From Alphaproteobacteria bacterium (GTDB lineage: Bacteria; Pseudomonadota; Alphaproteobacteria; JAAXGF01), in contig CAUVXB020000002.1 of assembly GCA_963555825.3 (NCBI GenBank), forward strand, positions 3,360,001 through 3,424,000: a DNA stretch of 64,000 nt, read 5' to 3'. Every line of letters begins with the position of its first letter. Within the stretch, counting starts at the first letter, position 1. The notes under the pieces were generated by a model that saw only the letters and a program-made list of their open reading frames with translations, was not told where the DNA came from and ran no database searches. Of the stretch, positions 10,566 to 21,249 are shown piece by piece. Position numbers and translations under genes: made by a program.

Positions 10566-11371
10566 GGCGTTGTCACGTTAACCACCGTGTAACCAGCTTG
10601 TGGGCGCCGACGCCGGAGATTATGCAACGGTCGTCACTTGCCGCCACTGTCTCATCGCGTCGCCGCGGAATTGGCGGAGTGTTCGGCGGGAGACCAGATG
10701 GCGTTGGACGTTGAAGAGGTTGTAGACGGTCGCATGGACGGCGAGGAACCGCTGCGCGGACGCGGGCGATTTGAACCGCTGCATCTTTCGCTCTCGTCGT
10801 CGCACCGGCTGATGTGAATTTTCTGCCCGATTGTTCTTTCGCAGGCCTTGCTCATGCTGAGCCGAGAGGGCAAGCAAACGGATCGCGGCGCCGTAGGAGC
10901 GGAGTTTATCGGTTACAATCGTCGCCGGCGCGAAGCCCTGCTTCTTCAAGAGTTTCCGCATCAGCCGAATTGCCGCCCGAGCGTTCCTGCGGGATTGAAC
11001 CAGGAAATCCAGGACTTCGCCCTCACTGTCCACGGCACGCCAGAGATAGAACTGCCTCCCTCGAATTACGACGACCATCTCGTCCAGGTGCCAGCGTTCG
11101 GTCGGTCGTGGCCGCCGACGTTGAATCCGCCGCGCATAGGCCCGACCGAATTTCAAGACCCATCTTCGAACTGTCTCATACGAGATGTCGAGACCACGCT
11201 CGGCAAGCAGGTCCTCAACGTCCCGATAGCTCAGCGTGAAACGGCAATAGAGCCAGACGGCATGCTGGATGATGACCGGTGGAAAGCGGTGACGACGGTA
11301 GGATATCTTGCACATCCAGAGACGCTAAAGCACCGGCCGTGCCGAAGCCACGCTGTTAACGTGACAATGCC
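10566..11371 (-). mobile_element. IS6-family IS, copy 1
   Basis: TIRs GGCGTTGTCACGTTAAC / GTTAACGTGACAATGCC. Confidence 0.92.
10620..11315 (-). CDS. IS6-family transposase
   Basis: LSYRDVEDLL, WHLDE, LWRAVD, TDKLRSY, NNRAENSH. Confidence 0.93.
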   Translation of the reverse strand: MCKISYRRHRFPPVIIQHAVWLYCRFTLSYRDVEDLLAERGLDISYETVRRWVLKFGRAYARRIQRRRPRPTERWHLDEMVVVIRGRQFYLWRAVDSEGEVLDFLVQSRRNARAAIRLMRKLLKKQGFAPATIVTDKLRSYGAAIRLLALSAQHEQGLRKNNRAENSHQPVRRRERKMQRFKSPASAQRFLAVHATVYNLFNVQRHLVSRRTLRQFRGDAMRQWRQVTTVA

Positions 11372-12589
11372 CCTGGCGGCGTTTGGCGAGAGTTTCCTGC
11401 AGGTTCTGCTGCTGGCCAAGGAGTTGAAGCTTGTCAAGGTCGGGCTTGTCAGCGTCGACGGCAGCAAGTTCGAGGCCTCTGCGAGCAAGCACCGTTCGGT
11501 GACTTATGAGCGGGCGGGCGAGCTGATCGATCAGCTCAAGCTGGACATCACGGATCTGATGGAGCGTGCCGCGGCGGCCGACGGCGAGGGTGAGGACGAC
11601 CCCCAGGCGCTGCCCAAGGAGATCGCACGCAGGGAGGCCTTGTGCGATCGGCTGGATGCGGCGTGTCGGCGCCTCGAGGCTCGGGCCAAGGCGCGCGCCG
11701 AGGCCGAGCGGGCGGACTACGAGGCCAAGGTGGCGGCGCGCGAGACGCGCACCGGCCGGGCCAAGGGCAAGCACCCGAAGCCGCCAGACGAGACGCCGCG
11801 CGCCGACGAGCAGAGCAATCTGAGCGATCCAGACAGCCGGCTGATGCGCAAGAGCAAGCAGCACGAGTACCGCCAGGCCTATAACGCTCAAGCCGTGGTG
11901 GATGCCGGGGGCTCTCAGCTGATCGTGGGCGCCCGGGTCACCAACTGCGCCAGCGACCGCAATGAGCTGGTGGCGGACATCGCGGCGATCCCGGCCGTTC
12001 TCGGCCGGCCCGCGACGGTGCTGGCGGACAACGGCTATGCCAACGGCGACGAGGTCGCGGCGCTTGCCGAGAGTGGTATCGAAGCCCTGGTGTCGACAGC
12101 CGCCGAGGGCCGCCGACGGCGCCATGACTTCCGTCCGGCCAAGGCCGAGGCGCCGGTGAAGGAACCCAAGGCCGAATGGCTCCAGGTCATGACGGCGAAA
12201 CTCGCCAGCGAGGACGGCCGTGCGCTGTACCGGCTGCGCCAGCAGACCGTCGAGCCGGTCTACGGCATCATCATGGCGGTGCTCGGCTTCACCGGCTTCT
12301 CGCTGCGCGGCCTCGACAAGATGGCCGGCGAGTGGGACTTGGTGACGCTGGCCTACAACTGCAAGCGCCTGCACAAGCTCAAGCTGGAGATGGCCGTGTG
12401 ACGGCGCTGTTGGCCCGACAGGCCGATCCAAAAGCCCGGCCACAGCCCAGAAGCCTCGGAGATCCGCCGCCCCATCGCTCCGTCCGAACACATCCTCGCG
12501 GTTTCGCCGAACTTCGATCGCGCCTCTGACAGACGACAGCGAAATCACTCAACACCGAAATCCAACGCGCAAGTCCGACACACTGCTAG
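11372..12589 (+). mobile_element. 5'-truncated IS1182-family element (transposase remnant ends 12401)
   Basis: VDGSKFEA, NLSDPDSRLM, YNAQAVVD, LADNGY, RQQTVEPV; end CCGACACACTGCTAG. Confidence 0.85.
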
Positions 12590-12598
12590 CGTCTAGAA

Positions 12599-12706
12599 AT
12601 GCAAAATCCCTTCCGATATTTCAACAGTTCACCCGAGATCATCCGGCTCGCTGTGATGATGTATGTTCGGTTCCCGCTGTCGCTGCGGCAGGTCGAGGAT
12701 CTGCTG
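12599..12706 (+). pseudogene. IS6-family transposase N-terminal scrap
   Basis: Reads MQNPFRYFNSSPEIIRLAVMMYVRFPLSLRQVEDLL. Confidence 0.65.
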
Positions 12707-12815
12707 TCTCAAATCGGCCACATGAAACCGTCCGACCCCAGGGGCCCACTCCAGGGATAGGTCAATATTGCACGCCGATTGACACTTGCAGGCGGAAAGC
12801 AGGCCGTGACGCAAT

Positions 12816-13595
12816 CTATTCGATTGACACGACCGCTGCCGAGCAATCGGCATTGTTAATCGTCGCTATGGCGACACCACCGGACATGCCCCCAAAACCG
12901 TTTTTGGCCCGATATCTCATGATCAACGTGTGCTTTCCCGTTTCGTTGACCGGCGTAATCCGCGTCTCGATGTGTTCGATGCTGTCGGGTTCGCGCATCC
13001 GCTTCTCCACGTATGTTTGGACCTCTCTGTGGGAACCGTCCCAACTGCTGAGGCAGTGAAACCCATTACGCTTCTTTTCTGCTGCTGCTGCTGCTTCGGC
13101 GGCGACCTTCTTGGCCTTGGCGGCTTTCGCGGCGGCCGTCTTTTGTTCTCGGTAATAGGAGATCTTCTCGGCGTACCGATTGTTCTCCGGGTTCAGATTT
13201 TGCAACTCTTTGTACAAGCGGATGTTCTCATCGAATTCAGACGCTAGCACCTTCGCGACCTGAGCCTCAAGTGCATTTATCCTGTTCTGGTAAGCGGCCG
13301 GGTCAATCTCCTTGAGGTTTCTCAGGCGGTAGTCGCCGTAGATTCCTGATCCGATAAACAGGGCCGCCACGATCGTCGCGGCAAGGACCCAAAATAGCCG
13401 TTTCTTCCTTTTGGACCTTTTGAGAGTCACGGCGCCTTTTTCCTCGGCGAGCCTCGCCGCCTCCGCCGCCTGTCTGTTCCGCTCTCTAACCGCCTCCGCC
13501 CAGCCCGCACCTAATGGTTCGCCACACACCGGGCACTGGTGCGCGTTCTCTGACGTCTGGTTGCCGCAAGTTGGACAAGCTTCAAGATTTGCCAA
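12816..13595 (-). CDS. Zinc-ribbon membrane protein of unknown function
   Basis: CPTC..CPVC N-terminus, one TM (LFWVLAATIVAALFIG), Ala/Lys-rich linker, C-terminal GFHCLSSWDGSH...YRAKNGFGG domain. Confidence 0.8.
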   Translation of the reverse strand: MANLEACPTCGNQTSENAHQCPVCGEPLGAGWAEAVRERNRQAAEAARLAEEKGAVTLKRSKRKKRLFWVLAATIVAALFIGSGIYGDYRLRNLKEIDPAAYQNRINALEAQVAKVLASEFDENIRLYKELQNLNPENNRYAEKISYYREQKTAAAKAAKAKKVAAEAAAAAEKKRNGFHCLSSWDGSHREVQTYVEKRMREPDSIEHIETRITPVNETGKHTLIMRYRAKNGFGGMSGGVAIATINNADCSAAVVSIE

Positions 13596-13626
13596 GGTTA
13601 GCTCTCACAAAACCCAAACTATAGAT

Positions 13627-14209
13627 CCGACATTCCCCAGATAGCCTCCAGGTTCGCCGAAATCGTACTACCGTGCCACCGTCGAGGGAATGGAATTATT
13701 TCCGCTGCCACCCGATGACCTGATTTCGCGATTTTCCTGTTTCCGGAAGCCCATTTGTCCATATTTTCCGGCATCCAGACGCACCTCCCGTGTCGCTTTC
13801 TCCGTGCCGTCAATTTCCTCGGCCTACGCCGGAACGGGTCTTCGTCGTAGATCATCAATCAGGCCCAAGATTTTCTGGAACAAGCTCCTCGGCACCGCCA
13901 CCTCGGCCAATTGGAACGTGACGTACCGGCCATGGCGGACAACTTTGGCCCCGATCTTGACCAGCTTCTCTCGTAGCGTGGTCAGAGAACAATGCTCCAC
14001 TTCCTTCGGCAAGGCCAACGTCCGCATGAAGTTGGCGAGATTGTAAGCCAGGGCGTGAAGCTGGAGCCGAACCTTGTTGTCGCGGAACTTGCGGCACGAC
14101 AGCCGCGTCCATTTGATCGCGTTCTTGCCTTCCTTGATGTACTGCTCCGCTTTGCTTCGCTGATTGTAGAAGGCCACCACCCGCTCGGCGAGGCGCGACA
14201 GGTTGGTGA
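13627..14209 (-). mobile_element. IS1380-family 3' remnant
   Basis: End CCGACATTCCCCAGAT; FYNQR..AEQYIKEGK, near-identical to the C-terminus of 38413..39762. Confidence 0.85.
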
Positions 14210-15015
14210 GGCGTTGTCACGTTAACCGCCATTTGGCCAGCTTGTGGGCGCCGACGCCGGAGATTATGCAACGGTCGTCACTTGCCGCCACTGTCTCATC
14301 GCGTCGCCGCGGAATTGGCGGAGTGTTCGGCGGGAGACCAGATGGCGTTGGACGTTGAAGAGGTTGTAGACGGTCGCATGGACGACGAGGAACCGCTGCG
14401 CGGACGCGGGCGATTTGAACCGCTGCATCTTTCGCTCTCGTCGTCGCACCGGCTGATGTGAATTTTCTGCCCGATTGTTCTTTCGCAGGCCTTGCTCATG
14501 CTGAGCCGAGAGGGCAAGCAAACGGATCGCGGCGCCGTAGGAGCGGAGTTTATCGGTTACAATCGTCGCCGGCGCGAAGCCCTGCTTCTTCAAGAGTTTC
14601 CGCATCAGCCGAATTGCCGCCCGAGCGTTCCTGCGGGATTGAACCAGGAAATCCAGGACTTCGCCCTCACTGTCCACGGCACGCCAGAGATAGAACTGCC
14701 TCCCTCGAATTACGACGACCATCTCGTCCAGGTGCCAGCGTTCGGTCGGTCGTGGCCGCCGACGTTGAATCCGCCGCGCATAGGCCCGACCGAATTTCAA
14801 GACCCATCTTCGAACTGTCTCATACGAGATGTCGAGACCACGCTCGGCAAGCAGGTCCTCAACGTCCCGATAGCTCAGCGTGAAACGGCAATAGAGCCAG
14901 ACGGCATGCTGGATGATGACCGGTGGAAAGCGGTGACGACGGTAGGATATCTTGCACATCCAGAGACGCTAAAGCACCGGCCGTGCCGAAGCCACGCTGT
15001 TAACGTGACAATGCC
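14210..15015 (-). mobile_element. IS6-family IS, copy 2 (transposase 14264..14959)
   Basis: Same TIRs and 231-aa ORF as copy 1 (one amino-acid difference). Confidence 0.92.
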
Positions 15016-15411
15016 CTTGGAAGCTCTGCACCAACATGACGGCGGACGATGTGACGGCAACACTGAAGTTGGCGCTAGAAGCCTCAGGCTGCAATCGCCC
15101 CAATGTCGTCCACAAGCCGAGGCTGCTCAGCGACAACGGCTCGTCCTATATCTCCGGCGATCTGGCTGAATGGCTCGAGGACCACGGTATGGATCACGTT
15201 CGGGGCGCACCGTATCACCCGCAAACCCAGGGCAAGATCGAGCGCTGGCATCAAACGCTGAAGAACCGGATCCTGCTTGAAAATTATTATCTACCCGGCG
15301 ATCTCGAAAACCAGATCAGCGCCTTCGTCGATCACTACAACAACCAACGCTACCACGAGAGCATCGGCAACGTAACTCCAGCCGACGCCTACTTTGGACG
15401 CCACACCGCCA
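15016..15411 (+). pseudogene. IS3/IS481-type integrase-core fragment
   Basis: LLSDNGSSY, PYHPQTQGKIERWHQTLK, YNNQRYHES; cut by IS6 on the left and IS21 on the right. Confidence 0.8.
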
Positions 15412-15531
15412 TCTGAGAACGGCAGAGCAATAATCCCCCACTGAAGCGGCCGGTCGATCCGGCTGCGGCGGACCAAAATGGGACCGCGTATAGCCTTCTG
15501 TCAGGGTTGCTCTGACTGGAAGGCGGGGGGG

Positions 15532-18489
15532 ATGTATCGGGTGGAGTTGTACGCACGGGTTCGGCGGGCGTGTCATGTCGAGGGGATGAGCACCCGCGAG
15601 GCCTCGCGGGTGTTTGGTGTAGACCGCAAGACGGTCCGTAAGATGCTGTCGTTCTCGGTGCCGCCAGGGTATCGCCGAAGCGCGCCGCCGAGGCGGCCAA
15701 AGCTGGGTCCGTTCACGGGAATCATCGATCGGATCTTGGAAGACGATCGGACCAGCCACCGCAAGCAACGGCACACTGCGAAGCGCATCTTCGACCGCCT
15801 CCGGGACGAGTACGGTTTCACGGGCGGCTACACCATCGTGAAGGACTACGTTCGTGAGCAGGGGCTTCGGTCGCGTGAGGTGTTCGTGCCACTCTCCCAT
15901 TCCCCCGGTCACGCCCAGGCGGACTTCGGCGAAGCGATGGCGGTGATCGGCGGCGCGTTACGGAAGATCCACTTCCTTGCCTTCGACCTTCCCCACAGTG
16001 ATGGTTGCTTTGTTGCGGCCTATCCGGCGGAGACGACCGAAGCATTCTGCGATGGCCACAACGCGGCGTTTGCCTTCTTCGGCGGCGTCCCCCGATCCAT
16101 CCTGTACGACAACACCAAGCTGGCGGTTGCCCGGATCCTGGGCGATGGGAAGCGGCAGCGAACGCGCGTCTTCACGGAGCTTCAGTCCCACTATCTGTTC
16201 GAGGACAGGTTCGGCCGGCCGGGCAAGGGCAACGACAAGGGCAAGGTCGAGGGACTGGTCGGCTTCATCCGGCGGAACTTCCTGGTCCCCGTCCCGCGTG
16301 CCGAGAGCTTCGCGGCCCTCAACGATGCTCTCGCCGAACAGTGCCGCCGGCGCCAGGCGGCGCGGCTGCGGGGCCACAAGGAGACCATCGGCGAGCGTCT
16401 CGAGCGGGATCGTCAAGTTCTCTTGCCATTGCCGCCTGCTCCCTATGATGCCTGCGATAAGCGCCCTGGACGGGCGAGTTCGCTGTCGCTGGTGCGTTAC
16501 CGCAGCAACGACTATTCCGTGCCCGTGGCCTACGGCCACCGTGAGGTGCTCATCCGGGGCTACGTCGATGAGGTGGTGATCAGCTGCGGGGCCGAGGTGA
16601 TCGCCCGGCGATGTCCCTATCTCTGTTGAAATTCGTGGGGCAGGCGTCGCTGGTTGATGATGCTATGCTGCCTTCATGATGGTTTCAATGGCACTGTCGG
16701 CCTGAGCCTTTCTCAAGTGTTCCTGGAGAGCATTTCGGAGGATGGGCAGCTGACGATAGGCCTTGAGGCGACGGAAGGTTTTCTGGGCCTCCAGCAGGCC
16801 GGCGGCGGTCCATCTGAGCGCCATCTCGGCGTGTCTCCAGCGTTTGACGTTGCGGGTGACCTGGCGCACCGTGCCGAGCGCGTTCTCGACGATGTTGGTG
16901 CAGGCGAGCGAGCGCCGGAGTTCGTGCGGCAGGCCGAGGCGGATGACGGTGAGGATCTCGTCCAGCCCCTCCAGGATGCTGCCCGAGACGCCCGGTTCCT
17001 CATGCTCCAGACGCCGGGCCAGGTTGCGCAGCAGCCGTTCGGCCTTGTCTGCGTCGTCCTGGTCCCAGGCCTGACGGAGCGCCTTCTTGACGCTCGCATG
17101 CAAATGCAGGGGCAGGCGCTCGATGATGTTACGGCCCTTGTGGACCTGGCAGCGCTGGATGGCGGCGGCCACACCGAAGGTGTTGCGGATCGCTTTGCTG
17201 AGCGCCTTCGCGCCATCGACGATGAACAGCCGGGGCAGCGTCGGATCGAGCCCCCTGGCGAGGAGATTGTCGAGCAAGGCCTGGACGACGACAGTGTTCT
17301 CCGTCGCCCCCTCGACCACGGCCAGGACATGCTTGTCGCCGTTGCCATCGACGCCGATCGCCGCCACCAAGACATGGTCGCCGACATGCAGACCGTCGAT
17401 CTGGATGACCAGCAGGTCGAGCTCCGAGAGGTCCGAGGCGAGCCAGGCCTTCATCTTCTTGCGCGACAGCGCCACAAAGCGCCGGGAAACGGCCGACTTC
17501 GAGGTGCCGTCGCCACGCGCTTTCGCCAGGTCGCCCTCGGGCAGACGGACCGCGCGGTGGTACTTGCGGGTCGACACGTTCAGGACCATCAGGTTGAGCG
17601 CCCACTCGAGCAACAGGTTGCCGTCGCGCAGCACCTGCCAGCTCTCCAAACCCACCTCCTTGCCAGCATGGTCGCGAACCCGTGGCCGCTGCACTTTCAC
17701 GCGGCCGCCGTGGTAGCCGATCTCGCTCTGCGTATGGCCCCAGCGATAACCCCGACGGTTCCCATGGCGACGATGTCGGGCCCCGCACACGGTCGTGGCG
17801 TCCTCCTCCATCATCTCGGCCAAGGCCTCGACCCCGGCCAGGAGACAGAACCGATCCACGCTGAGACGGACTGCGTCCATCGCGTCTGCCAGCGGCGGCA
17901 TAGGAAACGAGGTGGCAAGGGCTTTCGGGCTACTGGAACTACGGATATCCTTTCCCATGGTGTCGTTCTCCCTCTTGGGTTTGCAGCACCCGGAGCCTAA
18001 CGGCTCCAGGAGAGCGACACCTACCTCAACTTTTCAACATCGACCGGGACATCTCCGATCGCCCGGCACCGCCGGTCCTACGACAGCGAGGACCTGATCT
18101 TCGACCCGCTGCATTACCTGCCCTTGATCGAGCAGAAGATCGGCGCCCTCGACCAGGCCGCGCCATTGGCGGGCTGGGACCTGCCCGAGGCCTTCATCAC
18201 TCTGCGGCGGCTCCTCGAAGCTCGTATGGGCAAGGCAGGCAAGCGCGAGTACGTCCAGGTGCTCCGTCTACTGGAGACCTTCCGGCTCGAGGAGGTCGAG
18301 GGTGCGGTCGGCGACGCCCTGCGGCTCGGCGCAATCGGCTTTGATGCGGTGAAGCACCTGGTACTGTGCCGCATCGAGCGGCGGCCGCCCAGGCTCAACC
18401 TCGACGTCTATCCGTATCTGCCGCGCGCCCGGGTCGCGATGACGTCCGCCAAGTCGTACATGAGCCTGCTGTCGGGGCTCGGCGCATGA
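15532..18489 (+). pseudogene. istA: IstA transposase split by IS256
   Basis: 15532..16606 plus 18065..18489 equal the intact 499-aa ORF 47154..48653. Confidence 0.9.
16607..18056 (-). mobile_element. IS256-family IS type 1 (transposase 16663..17958), 8-bp TSD
   Basis: TIRs GGCGATGTCCC / GGGACATCTCC; TSD GATCGCCC at 16599-16606 and 18057-18064; QIDG, VDGAKAL, QRCQVHK, TNIVE motifs. Confidence 0.92.
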
Positions 18490-19250
18490 CCGACACACCG
18501 CAAGTGCTGCTCGCCCACCACCTCAAGACGCTGAAGCTGCCGACCTTCCTGCGCGAGTACGACAAGATCGCCCGGCAGTGCGCCTCGGAAGGCGTCGATC
18601 ACGTCCGCTACCTGTTGAGACTCGCCGAGCTCGAGCTGATCGACCGCGAGCGCCGCATGGTCGAGCGGCGCATCAAGGCGGCGCGCTTCCCCGTGGTCAA
18701 GAGCCTCGACAGCTTCGACTTCAAGGTCATCCCCTCGCTCAACAAGGCGCTGGTCCTGGAGCTGGCCCGCTGCGAGTACATCGAGCGCCGCGAGAACCTC
18801 ATCGCGCTCGGCAACAGTGGGACCGGCAAGACCCACATCGCCCTCGGTCTCGGCCTGGCGGCCTGCCAGAAGGGCCTCTCGGTCGGCTTCATCACCGCCG
18901 CCGCGCTGGTCCACGAACTCATCGAGGCCCGCGATGACAAGCAGCTGCTGAGGTTCCAGAAGAAGCTCGCCACCTACAAGCTTCTGATCGTCGACGAACT
19001 CGGCTTCGTGCCGCTGTCGAAGACCGGCGCCGAGCTGTTGTTCGAGGTGTTCAGCCAACGCTACGAGCGGGGCTCGACCCTGGTCACCACCAATCTGCCC
19101 TTCGACGAATGGACCGAGGTGTTCGGCTCCGAGCGCCTCACCGGCGCGCTCCTCGATCGCCTCACCCACCACGTCAACATCCTCGAGATGAACGGTGACA
19201 GCTACAGGCTCAACCAGAGCCGCAGGCGTCAAACCCCGACTGCTAACTGA
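18486..19250 (+). CDS. istB: IstB AAA+ ATPase
   Basis: GNSGTGKT, LIVDELG, TTNLPF, LDRLTHH. Confidence 0.93.
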   Translation: MTDTPQVLLAHHLKTLKLPTFLREYDKIARQCASEGVDHVRYLLRLAELELIDRERRMVERRIKAARFPVVKSLDSFDFKVIPSLNKALVLELARCEYIERRENLIALGNSGTGKTHIALGLGLAACQKGLSVGFITAAALVHELIEARDDKQLLRFQKKLATYKLLIVDELGFVPLSKTGAELLFEVFSQRYERGSTLVTTNLPFDEWTEVFGSERLTGALLDRLTHHVNILEMNGDSYRLNQSRRRQTPTAN

Positions 19251-19441
19251 ACCGACCACCCAGCCCACGCTTGACCCCGTGGGCCCACAGGTCCCTCCCG
19301 CGCGCGCCGCCGCGTCAGCCTGTTGAGGGCACGCCGCGTCGCGCGCGGGGCCCTCCCGTGGACTACGGGGACAAGCCCGCAGCCGCCAAGCGGTCCCTTC
19401 TTACACCGCCGAGGTGGTCCCTTTTTGCTCCGCCATTGACA

Positions 19442-19855
19442 CAGGCAAGCGTTATCAGTTGGCTCAGTCTTTCGGATGCGGCTGTGCGTCAAAAGGCCCG
19501 ACACTTCCGCGGTGTCCTGGCAAAGGCCGAGGGTCAGTTGCCGCCCGATCGGCCAGGCGTGATCCATATTGGTGTTGAAAGCAACGCTGGCGCGAATGTC
19601 GATTCCCTGCGCCACATTCTCAACACTTTCCAGGCCCGCTCCTTCGCGCTACGGAATTCGCGACTGCGGTGGGTCTATGGGAACTATTTTGTGCCTGAGG
19701 CGACCACTCGAAAAGAAGAGAGTTGGGCGATCACAGAGACCATGGTGCCATATAAGATCGGATCCCACAGCACTCGCTGGCCCTTGCCTGGTCACATGCT
19801 GGTTTCACCCGAGGGCGACGGCAGGGAAGGTGTTCATTGGGATCCAGATTCCTAG
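19442..19855 (+). pseudogene. C-terminal remnant of an unknown protein
   Basis: Open frame from the IS21 end to TAG 19855 with protein-like composition; no start codon of its own. Confidence 0.4.
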
Positions 19856-19890
19856 TTACCGTGAAACGCCACGCTGGCTCAGCACGAACT

Positions 19891-21133
19891 GACGCTCTCA
19901 TGTTTGTCAAGCACTCGATGGGGCGGTGAGTACGCGGTAGATCTCGCGGGCCACGTAACGCTTCAGGCCGCGCATGATCTCGCGTTTGGACAGCCCCTCC
20001 AGGGTCCTGCGAGCGACATAGGCTCGGGTCCGCTCGTCGGTTCGCATTCGGCACACGACGACCATGTGCAGGGCGGAGTTGGCTTGGCGGTTGCCTCCGC
20101 GGTTGAGACGGTGGCGTTGCGTCTTCCCACTCGATGCGGGGATCGGGCAGACGCCGCACATCATGGCGAAGCTCGCCTCGGAGCGGAGCCGATCCGGGTT
20201 ATCCCCAACGGCGACCATTACTGCGCCTGCGTTCTCGGTGCCCACGCCTTCGAGCTCAAGCAGACTGGGGGCGAGCTCCTCGACCAAGGGGACGATGAAC
20301 CGGTCGAGTTCAGCGATCTCGTCGTTGATGTCGAGGATTCTGCGGGCGAGGGACTTCAGGGAGAGCTTGGTCGCGACCACCGGGTCTCGATAGCCGACCG
20401 TGTCCGGCCTCCAGGCCGCACAGGTACGCAGGCGCTGCATGCGGGTGAGGTTGCGGACCTGGTCACGCACTTCCTCCGGTGCGGCAACGATGGTGTTGTG
20501 GAGTTGCTGCAGGGCCGCGCGGCGGCACTTGATTGCCGTCTTTCGCGTTGTTCGCAGCACCCGCAGGGCTTCCACGGTGCCGGAACGGTCTTCGGCCACC
20601 TGGACCCGGCGTCTTGTGTGCGCCGCCTCGGCCGCGGAGATCGCATCCAGGGCGTCGTCCTTGCCCTTGGCTCTTCGGCTGGCTGGGTCCGGCCCGGTCA
20701 CCTCGAGCACGGGGATACCCGAGAGTGCCAGGTGCCGGGTGATGCCGGCTCCGTAGGTACCGGTGGATTCCACTCCTACACGAAGCAGCTCGCCATGAGA
20801 GCGGAACCAGCGAAGCATCGCCCGGTAGCCGGCTCGGGTGGTGGAGAACGATTCGGTACCAAGCACCGTTCCGTCGTGGCTCACGACGGCGGCGGTGTGC
20901 AGGTCCTGGTGGGTGTCGACGCCACCGATGATCTGGATGTTGTCGGCTGTTGTAGTCGCCATGTCCGCCCCCTGGTCTATGATGGGTGGAGGGGTTGGCT
21001 CCGAACTCAGCCGATGTCGGACACGACAGTGACGGGGCGCCCAAGGCCGGGCTCTCATCAGGTCACGATGTCGGTCGAGGTCGGAACCTCAACCGGTTGC
21101 CCCCGGGTGGCCGACATGTCCGGGGAATGACAT
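19891..21133 (-). mobile_element. IS110-family element B (complete), inserted at an AG core within the leader of IS110 element A
   Basis: No TIR or TSD; junctions CGACCG-AG-ATGTC and GAGCGTC-AG-TTCGTG in element orientation. Confidence 0.75.
19907..20962 (-). CDS. IS110-family DEDD recombinase
   Basis: GVDTH, GVESTG, KDDALDA (DEDD), SSGK serine motif, GNRQANSAL, LKRYVARE. Confidence 0.93.
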   Translation of the reverse strand: MATTTADNIQIIGGVDTHQDLHTAAVVSHDGTVLGTESFSTTRAGYRAMLRWFRSHGELLRVGVESTGTYGAGITRHLALSGIPVLEVTGPDPASRRAKGKDDALDAISAAEAAHTRRRVQVAEDRSGTVEALRVLRTTRKTAIKCRRAALQQLHNTIVAAPEEVRDQVRNLTRMQRLRTCAAWRPDTVGYRDPVVATKLSLKSLARRILDINDEIAELDRFIVPLVEELAPSLLELEGVGTENAGAVMVAVGDNPDRLRSEASFAMMCGVCPIPASSGKTQRHRLNRGGNRQANSALHMVVVCRMRTDERTRAYVARRTLEGLSKREIMRGLKRYVAREIYRVLTAPSSA

Positions 21134-21249
21134 CTCGGTCGATCTGAGTGTGGGTCAAGCCACCCAAGGGCGGCCGGCCCTATCAGTCTAGATGCGTCTA
21201 TCGCTGTGCGGGTCAGGTCACTCCGAGGGAACCGGCCCGCAGATACTCA
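20963..21249 (-). ncRNA. Candidate IS110 bridge-RNA leaders (B: 20963-21133; A remnant: 21136-21249 plus 19856-19888)
   Basis: Non-coding, multi-hairpin, upstream of an IS110 recombinase, with 8-nt matches to the insertion junctions. Confidence 0.6.

Larger units (their letters stand above)
15412..19441 (+). mobile_element. IS21-family element type A, copy 1, istA interrupted by IS256
   Basis: Ends ..GAGAACGGCAGAG and CCGCCATTGACA; matches copies at 46202 and 60487. Confidence 0.9.

Noticed and set aside
10848-12401. 517-aa ORF
   Set aside because: IS6 antisense frame fused to a truncated IS1182 transposase.
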